Assembly (NCBI GenBank): GCA_963836755.1 | Contig: CAWIKF010000001.1 | Location: forward strand, 128,001-192,000 | Direction of reading: 5' to 3' | Length of the DNA: 64,000 bases | Origin: an uncultured Verrucomicrobiae bacterium | Lineage (GTDB): Bacteria; Verrucomicrobiota; Verrucomicrobiia; Chthoniobacterales; Chthoniobacteraceae | Part shown: positions 10,696 through 20,322 of the stretch, in pieces | Numbering within the stretch: position 1 is the first letter of the stretch | Layout: each line of letters starts with the position of its first letter | Translations under genes and position numbers: made by a program | The notes under the pieces: generated by a model | Database searches by the model: none | Told to the model about the DNA's origin: nothing | The model's input: only the letters and a program-made list of their open reading frames with translations

Positions 10696-11191
10696 GGAAA
10701 AATTCACCGCATGGATTGACGGAACTTTGCCCGCACCGGAGCTCGCGGATTTCGAGCGCGAACTTTCCGCGAGGCCCGATGCCGAGTCCGAGCGATTCGC
10801 CGCAAAGCGGCTTGGCGGCTTGCTTCGCGAGCACATGGGAACGCCGCGGCTGAGCAACGAAGATTTTTTCAATCATCAGCTGATGCAGCGGATTGAAGCG
10901 GAGCAGCCGCGCGAGGAGCGCGCGCCGCTACGGACACTTTTCTGGACTTTGCCGCGCATGGCGTGGACCGGGGCGCTCTGCATGGTGCTCGCTGCGGCGC
11001 TTTATCGCGTCACGGTTCCGAAGACGCAAAAGCAGGTCGCGTCGAGCCAGCAATACGTGGCCAGTATCCTCAACGCGCATGCCGACGATCCGGACGTTTC
11101 TGCCACCGCGTATCACGACCAAGACGAAAACGTGACGGTGCTCTGGCTCGACGGATTGAACTACATTCCCGCCGACCGGAAGCTAAAGTAA
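10682..11191 (+). CDS. Putative anti-sigma factor (single TM)
   Basis: Overlaps the sigma stop; N-terminal AWIDGTL anti-sigma-like helix; one hydrophobic segment. Confidence 0.7.
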   Translation: MKTFEEKFTAWIDGTLPAPELADFERELSARPDAESERFAAKRLGGLLREHMGTPRLSNEDFFNHQLMQRIEAEQPREERAPLRTLFWTLPRMAWTGALCMVLAAALYRVTVPKTQKQVASSQQYVASILNAHADDPDVSATAYHDQDENVTVLWLDGLNYIPADRKLK

Positions 11192-11194
11192 CCG

Positions 11195-11632
11195 ATGCGC
11201 GCGACGATTCTTCTTTGCGCGCTCAGCGTGTTTTTGCCGCTGCAGTTTGTGCGCGCGGCAGCGCCGAGCGTCTGGAGCGGACTCGTGCTCGCGACGAACG
11301 AAGATCATCCGAAGGAAGCTCCGCTCGAACTGCGGAAGTTTAAAACAAAGCTGGAAAATGTTTTCGGCTACAACCAGCTCGAATTGATCGGCCAGCACAC
11401 GGAATCGATGGACGATCCGCTCGAGCATTGGCTCATCCCGAGCAAGAATTTCTGCCTGCGAGTGGATGCGAAACCGCTCTCGAAAATCGGCTGGCCGCTA
11501 CGGCTCCAGATTTTCGAGGACAAAAAATTGCTCGCGCATTTCGATGCGAACCTCGGCCCGCAAAGCCCGTTGTTTATCCGCGGCCCGCTTTACGCCGGCG
11601 GACAGTTGATCATCATTTTGCTGGTTAAGTGA
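11195..11632 (+). CDS. Secreted hypothetical protein
   Basis: Signal-peptide-like N-terminus; 3 bp after the anti-sigma gene. Confidence 0.7.
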   Translation: MRATILLCALSVFLPLQFVRAAAPSVWSGLVLATNEDHPKEAPLELRKFKTKLENVFGYNQLELIGQHTESMDDPLEHWLIPSKNFCLRVDAKPLSKIGWPLRLQIFEDKKLLAHFDANLGPQSPLFIRGPLYAGGQLIIILLVK

Positions 11633-11661
11633 AAAGCAGCCGCCGCGAGCGCGGACGATTT

Positions 11662-12984
11662 TTAAATCGCGAAATCGTTATACTCCGGCTTCACCAGCTC
11701 GACGGGCGGATTCAACATTCCAGCGGCAACGGTGTGATTCGTCCCTTGCTCGATCAGGATGAATGAGCCGGTCAGCCGGTTCGCCGAGTAGCCGTCGAAA
11801 ACCAGCGGCCGCGCCGCGCGCAGGCGAATTTCGCCGATGTCGTTGAGCGCCAGTTCCGCTGGTTCGGGCTCGGGTTCGAATGTGGAAATATTGATGCGGT
11901 TTTCGATTGATTGAACAATTGCCTGCACGGTTTGCGACGTGTGCTTGAGGAAATATTTTCGCCCGCGCTGAAGCGGCCGCGGATTCATCCAGCAAATTTT
12001 TGCATGCAGATCAGTGCTCATGCCGGGCAAATTTTCGACGCCGATGATCGTGTCGCCGCGGCTGATATCGAGATCGTGCTCGAGCGTGATCGTCACCGAT
12101 TGCGGGCAAAATGCCTCGGGCAAAATTTTCTCGTGCAGCCGAATTTCCTTCACCGTGCTGCTCCAGCCGCCGGGCAGCACCATTACTTTTTGACCAACTT
12201 TTACGAGGCCGCCGGCGATTTGTCCGCTAAAGCCGCGGAAGTCGTGCAGCTTCGGATCGCGCGGATGATTCGGGCGATTGACCCATTGCACGGGCAGGCG
12301 AAACGCGGTCATGTTCCAGTCGCTCGCGATGTGGATCGTCTCGAGATGCGCGAGCAAAGCGGGGCCTTCATACCACGGCGCGGCCGAAGTTTTTTCGACT
12401 ACGTTGTCGCCATTGAGTGCGCTGATCGGGATGAATTTTACATCCTTGAAAATGTTGAGCCGCGGCAAAAACGCTTCGACTTCGTCGCGAATTTTCAGAA
12501 AGCGTTCCTCGCTCCAATCGACGAGATCCATTTTGTTCACGGCGATGACGAGATGCGGAATGCCGAGCAGCGCCGCGAGGTAAGTATGCCGCCGGCTTTG
12601 CTCGATCACGCCTTGTCGCGCGTCGATGAGCACGATGGAAAGATTGGCCGATGACGCGCCGGTGACCATGTTGCGCGTGTATTGGACGTGGCCCGGCGTG
12701 TCGGCGACGATGAACTTTCGGCGCGGCGTCGCGAAGTAGCGGTAGGCGACGTCAATGGTGATGCCTTGTTCGCGCTCGGCGCGCAATCCGTCGGTGAGAT
12801 TCGCGAGATTGATCGCGCCGCCGCCGGTGATGTCCGCCGAGCGTTCCATCGCCTCGATTTGATCCTCCATCAAAGATTTCGAGTCGTAGAGCAGCCGGCC
12901 GATGAGCGTGGATTTGCCGTCGTCCACGGATCCGCAGGTGTTAAAACGAAGTATGTCGATGGGATGATGCGCCGGCGCGGTCAT
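11662..12984 (-). CDS. cysN: Sulfate adenylyltransferase GTPase subunit (no fused APS kinase)
   Basis: GSVDDGKST, EREQGITID, DTPGH, NKMD, TGSFILI. Confidence 0.95.
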   Translation of the reverse strand: MTAPAHHPIDILRFNTCGSVDDGKSTLIGRLLYDSKSLMEDQIEAMERSADITGGGAINLANLTDGLRAEREQGITIDVAYRYFATPRRKFIVADTPGHVQYTRNMVTGASSANLSIVLIDARQGVIEQSRRHTYLAALLGIPHLVIAVNKMDLVDWSEERFLKIRDEVEAFLPRLNIFKDVKFIPISALNGDNVVEKTSAAPWYEGPALLAHLETIHIASDWNMTAFRLPVQWVNRPNHPRDPKLHDFRGFSGQIAGGLVKVGQKVMVLPGGWSSTVKEIRLHEKILPEAFCPQSVTITLEHDLDISRGDTIIGVENLPGMSTDLHAKICWMNPRPLQRGRKYFLKHTSQTVQAIVQSIENRINISTFEPEPEPAELALNDIGEIRLRAARPLVFDGYSANRLTGSFILIEQGTNHTVAAGMLNPPVELVKPEYNDFAI

Positions 12985-12985
12985 T

Positions 12986-13888
12986 TTAAAAATAGCCCTG
13001 CTTTTTCCGATCCTCCATCGCCGCCTCGGATGTTTTATCGTCGGCGCGCGAACCGCGTTCCGTCACGCGCGCGGCAGCGATTTCCGCGATGATGTCATCG
13101 ACCGATTGCGCGGGCGATTCGACCATGCCGGTGCTGATGATGTCGCCGATGGTGCGGACGCGGACGATGAGCTCGCGCACTTCCTCGTTCGGTTTTGGCG
13201 GCAGCAAATCGTTCACGGGTAGCCACTGGCCGGCGCGTCGCACGCACTTGCGCGGATGGCTGAAATAAATCGTCGGCACTTCGAGATTTTCCTCGCGGAT
13301 GTATTCCCACACGTCCATTTCCGTCCAGTTCGAGAGCGGAAAAACGCGCATGTGTTCGCCCGGATTTACGCGCGCGTTGTAAAGATTCCAGATTTCCGGC
13401 CGCTGATTTTTCGGATCCCATTGGCCGAACGAATCGCGAAAGGAAAAAAATCTTTCCTTCGCGCGCGCCTTTTCTTCATCGCGCCGCGCGCCGCCAATCG
13501 CGCAATCGAAACCGAACTCCTCGATCGCCGCGAGCAGCGTCGGGATTTGCAAACGATTCCGACTGATCTCGCCCGGCGCGGGCACTGCGATTCCCTGTGC
13601 AATTGCGTCGTCGACTTTGCGCACGATTAATTTCGCGCCGAGTTCGTGCGCGCGTTTGTCGCGGAAAATATTCAGCTCGGGAAAATGATGACCCGTGTCC
13701 ACATTCAGCAGCGGCATCGGCAGCTCGGATGGCCGGAATGCTTTTTCCGCGAGCCGCAGCAGACAGATCGAATCCTTGCCGCCGGAAAACATCAGCGCCG
13801 GATGCTCGAATTCCGCGGCGACCTCGCGCATCACGTGAATCGCCTCCGTTTCCAAATATTGCAGATGATCTAAATGATAAGACTTCAT
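12986..13888 (-). CDS. cysD: Sulfate adenylyltransferase subunit 2
   Basis: FSGGKDS, GARRDEEKARAKER, WDPKNQRPE, C-terminal RKKQGYF. Confidence 0.96.
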   Translation of the reverse strand: MKSYHLDHLQYLETEAIHVMREVAAEFEHPALMFSGGKDSICLLRLAEKAFRPSELPMPLLNVDTGHHFPELNIFRDKRAHELGAKLIVRKVDDAIAQGIAVPAPGEISRNRLQIPTLLAAIEEFGFDCAIGGARRDEEKARAKERFFSFRDSFGQWDPKNQRPEIWNLYNARVNPGEHMRVFPLSNWTEMDVWEYIREENLEVPTIYFSHPRKCVRRAGQWLPVNDLLPPKPNEEVRELIVRVRTIGDIISTGMVESPAQSVDDIIAEIAAARVTERGSRADDKTSEAAMEDRKKQGYF

Positions 13889-13927
13889 GGAATGGCGCGC
13901 GCGATGGCGCGGGATTTCCTCGCCGCG

Positions 13928-14590
13928 TCAGCTCACGGCTTCCGCGGCCTTCCCGCCCCACGCCGCGTGCAGGCCGCACTCGCGCTTTTCATCGGCCTTC
14001 GCGGGATCGAAATAATCCCACTCATTCGGCAGGCCGTGCGCGGCGAGATACGATTCCATTTCCGCGTCGTCGAAATAAAAAAACGGGCTGACTTTCAGCG
14101 CGCCGAAATTTTTGTCCTCGGAAACAATGTCGAGCTCAGCGCGATTCGGATTTTGCACTTTGCGCAAAGCCGTCAGCCAGACGGTCGGCGCGAGTTCTTT
14201 CATGCCGCGCTGAAATGGCTCGAGCTTGAAAATGGCGCTGAATTCTTTCAGCGCCGCTTCATTTTCCGGCGTCGGAATTTCGCCGTGAATCGCGTCGCGA
14301 TGCGCGGCCGTCATGCGCGGGACGAATGCCTTGATGTTTAAATTCAGCAACTTTTTCAGCTCTTCCGCGTGGCGATAAGTCGCCGGCCGGTTGTAGCCGT
14401 GATCGACCCAAAGCACCGCAATGTCCGGCTGCGCCTGGACGCAAACGTGCAAAATCGCCGCTTCGTATGGACGAAAATTTGTCGAGACAATCGCGCGACC
14501 GGGCGCAACTGCGAGCGCCCATTCCACGATTTCGCGCGGCGATTTTTCGCGCAGTTCCGCATTTGCGCGGACGATTTGATCCGGAGACAT
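13928..14590 (-). CDS. cysH: (Phospho)adenylylsulfate reductase, lacking FeS-binding cysteines
   Basis: C-terminal KRECGLH; upstream of cysD; no CC/CxxC motif. Confidence 0.85.
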   Translation of the reverse strand: MSPDQIVRANAELREKSPREIVEWALAVAPGRAIVSTNFRPYEAAILHVCVQAQPDIAVLWVDHGYNRPATYRHAEELKKLLNLNIKAFVPRMTAAHRDAIHGEIPTPENEAALKEFSAIFKLEPFQRGMKELAPTVWLTALRKVQNPNRAELDIVSEDKNFGALKVSPFFYFDDAEMESYLAAHGLPNEWDYFDPAKADEKRECGLHAAWGGKAAEAVS

Positions 14591-14609
14591 TTTGCGAGCG
14601 GCGATCCTT

Positions 14610-16614
14610 TTAAGCTTCCGTCAATTGCGGCAGCGATTCGGCCGCTGCAACGACGGCGTCGGCGGTGATGCCGAGCTCTTTCATCACGGTTGCGCCCGGA
14701 GCGCTGAGGCCGAAGCGATCGATGCCGACAACTTTTCCGTCGAGCCCGACGTAGCGATACCAAAGATCGCTGACGCCCGCTTCGATCGCGACGCGGCGGC
14801 GGCAACTCGATGGCAAAACTTCCTCGCGATAGTCCGGCGATTGCCGATCAAAACGTTCGAAGCACGGCATTGAAACGACGCGCGTCGAGGCGCCAAGCGT
14901 CTTCGCGGCGGCCACGGCGTGCTGCAATTCACTGCCGCAGGAAAGCAAAATTGTCTCGAGCGGCTCGGTTTCTTTCACGGCAACGTAGCCGCCTTTCGCA
15001 ACGCCTTCGCGTCGATCCGCGACGGAAATTTCGCTGAGCATCGGCACGACCTGGCGCGTGAGTGCGAGCAAAGTCGGGCCGTCCGTGCGCTGCATCGCCG
15101 CGACAAATGCGCCCGCCGTTTCCTCCGGATCGGCCGGACGAATGACATCGAGATGCGGAATCACGCGCAGGCCGCTCACCGTTTCGACCGGCTGATGCGT
15201 CGGGCCGTCCTCGCCGACGCCGACGGAATCGTGCGTGAAAATGTAAGTGACCGGCAGCCCCGCGAGCGACGCGAGGCGGATCGATGCGCGACAGTAATCG
15301 GCGAAAACCAAAAACGTCGCGCAGCTCGGGCGGAAGATGCAGTCGTAGGCAAAGCCGTTGCAAATCGCGGCCATGCCGTGCTCGCGAATTCCGAAGCGGA
15401 TGTTGCGGCCGCTCCAGTTATCCGGCGAAAAATCTTTGTCGGAGTTGATGTAGTTCAACGTCGAGCCGTGCAGATCGGCGCTGCCGGAAATCAGCAGCGG
15501 CATCGCCTCGGCGATCGGCTGCAGCACTTCGCTGCCGGCTTTGCGCGTCGCGAGTTTTGCGTCGGCGGCGAACGGAGGAATTTTTTCCAGCAGATCCGCC
15601 GGAACATTTTTTTCGAGACCGGAATCGAGCAGCGCGGCGAGTTCCGGATTCGCTTTGCGCCAGGCGCGATACGTCTCATTCCATTTTTCATAGCCGGCGA
15701 CAAGCTGCTGCTTGCGCTCGAGGAAAAATTCGCGCGTTTCTTTTGAGACAAAAAAATGTTCGTCCGCCGGAAGGCCGAGCTCGACGCGATCTTTGTCCAC
15801 AAATTTTGCGCCGCCTTCGCCGTGCGCCTTTGCGGTGCCGGCGACTTCGGGAATGCCTTTGCCGATCAGCGTCCGCGCGATGATCACCTGCGGCTTGCCA
15901 GTCGCCGCTTTCGCTTTCTCGATCGCCGCGTGGATCGTCTCGAGATCGTTGCCCTCGATCGTCTGCACTTCCCATTCGATTGCCTCGAAACGCTTCGCGG
16001 CGTTTTCGCTTTGCGTGGCATTCGCCATCGCGTCGAGCGTCACGTCGTTCGAGTCGTAAATGAGGATCAGGTTGTCGAGTTTGAAATGCCCGGCGAACGC
16101 CATCGCTTCCATCGCGACGCCTTCCTGCATGCAGCCGTCGCCGGCGAGGCAGATGATGTGGTTGTCGAAAATTTTGTGCTCGGCCGATATTGAAACGCGC
16201 CGCGGCCATTTTCTGCGAAACAGCGTAGCCGACCGCGTTGCCGACGCCCTGGCCGAGCGGGCCCGTCGTCGCTTCGACGCCGTGCGTTTCAAAAGATTCC
16301 GGGTGGCCAGGCGTGTGGCTGTGCAACTGGCGGAAGCGCTTCACGTTTTCCATCGGCACGTCGAAGCCGGAAAGATGCAGCCATGAATAAAGGAACATCG
16401 AGCCGTGGCCGGCGCTGAGCACGAAGCGGTCGCGGTTGATCCAGCGCGGCTCGTCGGGATTGAAGACCATCGCGTGGCCATAAAGCACCGCGCCGATTTC
16501 CGCGCAGCCGAGCGGAAGCCCGAGATGGCCGGATTGGCACGCATGCACGGCGTCCATGGCGAGCCCGCGCGCTTCGTTTGCGGCGCGGGAGAGAGCTGTC
16601 GTGTTCATTTTCAT
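14610..16614 (-). CDS. tkt: Transketolase (one apparent +1 frameshift at ~16189)
   Basis: [21 protein letters not shown] in the first frame; [23 protein letters not shown] in the second. Removing one base in AATATCGGCC joins the two. Confidence 0.93.
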
Positions 16615-16627
16615 AAATGGGGAGCCG

Positions 16628-16655
16628 AGATTAAAACGCGCCCGCCGCAAGTCAA
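16628..16655 (-). promoter_or_regulatory. Putative sigma70 promoter of tkt-cysHDN
   Basis: TTGACT-N16-TAATCT on the minus strand, 13 nt upstream of the ATG. Confidence 0.45.
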
Positions 16656-16754
16656 GACGGAGCGGTTTTGATTTCGCCGCGCGGTTTTTCTATTCTGGAA
16701 AAATCTCCGCGCGAAAAAATCTAAAAATGCGAATCCCAAAAATCCTGAATCCCG

Positions 16755-17594
16755 ATGCTCGTCTGGCGAAAACTTAGCTCCGCAAAATGGGAGGACGCGT
16801 GGATGGAACGGCTTAGCTGCATCGATCCGCAGCGCATCGTCATCAGCAATTTTGCCGGCGCGAAAACGATCCGCATCGAGGCTTACGACATTTCGCCGCG
16901 CGACGCGAAACAGCTTGTGAAGCACTTTGGCGGGCAGGTGAGGGAAATGAAGCGCCGCGACTTTGTCGCAGAGCACGCCGCGCTGCGGCCGCCGTTGCGC
17001 ATCCGCGACAAACTCCTCATCACCCGCACGCACGAGGAAAAAGAAAAACTTCGCGCGCAATTTCCGCGGCGGCACGTGCTCGTCATTCCCGCGGCGATGG
17101 CATTCGGCACGGGCGAACATGCGACGACTGCGACTTGTTTGCGGTGGCTGTGCAAACTGGCTGCGGAGTTTTCCGCGCCATGGGATCTGCTCGATCTCGG
17201 CACCGGAAGCGGCATTCTCGCGCTGGCGGCAAAAATGCTCGGCGCGCGCCGCGTCGATGCAGGCGACTTTGATCCCGACTGCATCCGCATCGCGCGCGAC
17301 AACTTTGACGCCAACGGATCGGCAGAAATCCATCTCCGCCAGCTCGACGTCACGAAATGGAAGCCGACGCGGACGTGGGATTTGGTCAGCGCAAATCTTT
17401 TCAGCAGCGTCCTGATCCGCGCCGCGCCGCAAATTTCGCGGGCGCTCAAACCGCGCGGCGCATTTCTTTTTTCCGGCATTCTCCGCGAGCAGGAGCGTGA
17501 TTGCGTGCGAGCGTTTGAACGCGAAAAAATGCACGTCGAGCAAATCATTCGCAAAGGAAAATGGGTGACCGGCCTCGCGCGGCGCCGGTCCTGA
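16755..17594 (+). CDS. prmA: Ribosomal protein L11 methyltransferase
   Basis: AMAFGTGEHATT, LDLGTGSGILA, FSGIL. Confidence 0.9.
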   Translation: MLVWRKLSSAKWEDAWMERLSCIDPQRIVISNFAGAKTIRIEAYDISPRDAKQLVKHFGGQVREMKRRDFVAEHAALRPPLRIRDKLLITRTHEEKEKLRAQFPRRHVLVIPAAMAFGTGEHATTATCLRWLCKLAAEFSAPWDLLDLGTGSGILALAAKMLGARRVDAGDFDPDCIRIARDNFDANGSAEIHLRQLDVTKWKPTRTWDLVSANLFSSVLIRAAPQISRALKPRGAFLFSGILREQERDCVRAFEREKMHVEQIIRKGKWVTGLARRRS

Positions 17595-17647
17595 AATTCG
17601 TTTGACGTGCCGCGCGGCGTGCCGCTAACGTGCCTCCCCTTTTCGCC

Positions 17648-18811
17648 ATGCCAGAAGAACTCAGCTACGTCATCCTCACGCCATATTCGATGCGCAAATC
17701 GCGCACCGGCGGGATCATCGCCCGGCTCATCTCACGCACCGGACTCGATCTCGTGCGCGCGCGGATGTTCGCGCCGAGCAAGGAATTGACGGAGAAATAC
17801 GCGGAGACGATCGTGACCGACCCGGAGCCGCGTCATCGCAAAACGCAGGAGCAGGTGCGCGATTACGTTTTGCAGAATTTTCAGCCCGACGCTTCCGGCC
17901 AGCGGCCGCGCGTTTTGTTCCTCGTCTTCCGCGGCGAAAATGCGATCGCGCGCATCCGCAACGTCGTCGGCCACATCGTCAATGAACGGACGAGCGGCGA
18001 GACGATTCGCGACACGTTCGGCGATTACGTCACGAACAAAAACGGCGACGTCACGTATTTTGAACCGGCCGTGCTCGCGCCGCCCGATGCGCAATCGGCC
18101 GAGCGGAATATGAAACTTTGGGCCGAATATTCCGACCGTGACGGCGGCCTGCTCGACGACGTGGTGCAGCACTCGACCGGCGCCAACGTCCAGAAAACGC
18201 TCGTGCTCATCAAGCCGGACAATTTCCGCTTTCCAAACGCACGGCCCGGCGGCGTCATCGATCTTTTTTCACGCACCGGCCTTTATATTATTGGCTTCAA
18301 AGTCCACCGCATGAGCGTCGCGCAGGCCGAGGAATTTTACCGGCCCGTGCTCGACGTCCTGATGGAAAAACTCAAGGAGCCGACCGGCGTGCGCGCGCGA
18401 CTCTCGATCGAAAACGAAATCGGACTCCCGCTCACCGAGGAGGTCCAGCGCAAGCTCGGCGAATTGCTCGGCCCGATCGCCGGGCGTCAAAACTGGGAGT
18501 CAATCGTGCAGTTCATGGCGGGGTTGAAACCGAGCGAATGCCCCGCCGATCGCCGCAACGATCCGGGAACGGAAAAATGCATTGCGCTCGTTTATCAAGG
18601 CGTTGATGCCGTGCGAAAAATCCGCGAGGTTCTCGGCCCGACCGATCCTTCCAAGGCGCCTCCCGGCTCGATTCGCAAGGAATTTGGCCAGACGATCATG
18701 GTCAATGCCGCGCACGCATCCGATTCCGCCGAGAATGCGGAGCGCGAGATGAAGATCGTGCAGATCGACGAGAATAATCTGAAGCCGTTGATCGAAGTTC
18801 AATTTGCGTAA
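17648..18811 (+). CDS. ndk: Nucleoside-diphosphate kinase with two NDK-like domains
   Basis: C-domain has LIKPD, GPTDP...PGSIR and NAAHASDS; N-domain is homologous but degenerate. Confidence 0.85.
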   Translation: MPEELSYVILTPYSMRKSRTGGIIARLISRTGLDLVRARMFAPSKELTEKYAETIVTDPEPRHRKTQEQVRDYVLQNFQPDASGQRPRVLFLVFRGENAIARIRNVVGHIVNERTSGETIRDTFGDYVTNKNGDVTYFEPAVLAPPDAQSAERNMKLWAEYSDRDGGLLDDVVQHSTGANVQKTLVLIKPDNFRFPNARPGGVIDLFSRTGLYIIGFKVHRMSVAQAEEFYRPVLDVLMEKLKEPTGVRARLSIENEIGLPLTEEVQRKLGELLGPIAGRQNWESIVQFMAGLKPSECPADRRNDPGTEKCIALVYQGVDAVRKIREVLGPTDPSKAPPGSIRKEFGQTIMVNAAHASDSAENAEREMKIVQIDENNLKPLIEVQFA

Positions 18812-18846
18812 ATCAAAAATCGTTAAAACTTAAAAATCCAAATCTC

Positions 18847-20010
18847 ATGACCATTTCATCCCGCGCCAGCAGCCTCACCCCATCGCTCACTCTTTCCATC
18901 GACAGCAAAGCGAAAGCCATGAAAGCCGAAGGAATCGACGTGTGCGGTTTCGCCGCCGGCGAGCCCGATTTTGACACGCCCGAGCACATCAAAACCGCGT
19001 GCATCGACGCGATCAAATCCGGTTTTACAAAATACACGCCGAGCTCCGGCATGCCGGAATTGCGTGCGGCCATCGCGGAAAAATTTCTCAAGGACAACCA
19101 GCTCGAATACAAATCGCACCAGATCATCGTTAGCAACGGCGCGAAGCAATCGTGCTTCAACGCAATCGCGGCGACGTGCGAACCGGGCGACGAAGTTTTG
19201 ATCCCGACGCCGTATTGGCTGAGCTATCCGGAGATGGTGCGGCTCGCCGGCGCGGAGCCGGTGTTCGTCCAGACGGCCCAGGAAAACGGCTGGAAAATGA
19301 CCGCAGAGGATTTTGAAAACGCGATGACGCCGCGCACAAAAATGGTGATCATCAATTCGCCCGGCAATCCGACCGGCTCTGTTTACACGCGCGAGGAACT
19401 TTCCAAGATCGCCGAGGTCGCGATTGAGGAGGACATTCTCATTCTCTCGGACGAAATTTACGAAAAGTTGACTTACGACGACGCGGAGCATGTCAGCATC
19501 GCGTCGCTCTCGCCGGAAGCTCACGACCTGACAATCACCGTGAACGGCTTCAGCAAAGCCTACGCGATGACCGGCTGGCGTCTCGGCTATCTCGGCGCGC
19601 CCGAACCAATCGCGAAAGCGATCGATTCCATCCAAAGCCACAGCACCTCGAATCCATGTTCGTTCGCGCAAAAAGGCGGCCTCGCCGCGCTCCGTGGCGA
19701 TCAGCAGGCGGTCTCAGACATGCGCGATGAGTTCAACCTTCGCCGCGATTATATGTTTGATCGGCTTTCAAAAATGAATGGCATCAGCGCGGTCAAACCG
19801 CTCGGCGCATTCTACATTCTCGCGAACATCAGCCGCCTCTCGCTCACGTCGCAAAATTTCGCCGACCGTTTGCTCAGCAAGGCAAACGTCGCCGTCGTCC
19901 CCGGCATTGCTTTTGGCGACGACCGGACGATCCGTTTCAGCTACGCGACGAGCATCGATATCATCAAAACCGGTCTCGACCGGTTCGAAGATTTCTGCCG
20001 GACGCTGTAA
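18847..20010 (+). CDS. PLP-dependent class I aminotransferase (aspartate aminotransferase-like)
   Basis: GEPDF, NPTG, SDEIY, SKAYAMTGWRLG. Confidence 0.93.
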   Translation: MTISSRASSLTPSLTLSIDSKAKAMKAEGIDVCGFAAGEPDFDTPEHIKTACIDAIKSGFTKYTPSSGMPELRAAIAEKFLKDNQLEYKSHQIIVSNGAKQSCFNAIAATCEPGDEVLIPTPYWLSYPEMVRLAGAEPVFVQTAQENGWKMTAEDFENAMTPRTKMVIINSPGNPTGSVYTREELSKIAEVAIEEDILILSDEIYEKLTYDDAEHVSIASLSPEAHDLTITVNGFSKAYAMTGWRLGYLGAPEPIAKAIDSIQSHSTSNPCSFAQKGGLAALRGDQQAVSDMRDEFNLRRDYMFDRLSKMNGISAVKPLGAFYILANISRLSLTSQNFADRLLSKANVAVVPGIAFGDDRTIRFSYATSIDIIKTGLDRFEDFCRTL

Positions 20011-20014
20011 AAGT

Positions 20015-20164
20015 TCAGCGCAAAATCGCCAGCCCAAGCAGGCCGGTGATGATCAAATAAATCGCGACGATGTAGTTGAGCAGCTTTGGCGCGATCAGAA
20101 TCAAAATTCCGGCGATCAGCGCCACAAGCGGCCCGAAGTGAACGACATGCAGGTGCATGAACAT
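20015..20164 (-). CDS. DUF3096-like small membrane protein (49 aa, not in ORF track)
   Basis: Manual translation: MFMHLHVVHFGPLVALIAGILILIAPKLLNYIVAIYLIITGLLGLAILR. Confidence 0.85.
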   Translation of the reverse strand: MFMHLHVVHFGPLVALIAGILILIAPKLLNYIVAIYLIITGLLGLAILR

Positions 20165-20233
20165 CGTTCGTGAATCGGCTGCTTCGCGAGCGCATCGCGC
20201 GCGGAATTTGCGAGCTTTTAACGCATCGTTAAA

Positions 20234-20322
20234 TGTTCACGGCGTAAACATTGATGCCGATGAATGTGCATATTTTCTTGTTTTGTGAACATATCCGGCG
20301 TGATCTGTTCATGACGTGAACA
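20234..20322. promoter_or_regulatory. Two TGTTCAC-N3-GTGAACA-type palindromes upstream of and over the fic start
   Basis: TGTTCAC-GGC-GTAAACA (20234-20250), half site GTGAACA (20285-20291), TGTTCAT-GAC-GTGAACA (20306-20322). Confidence 0.55.
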
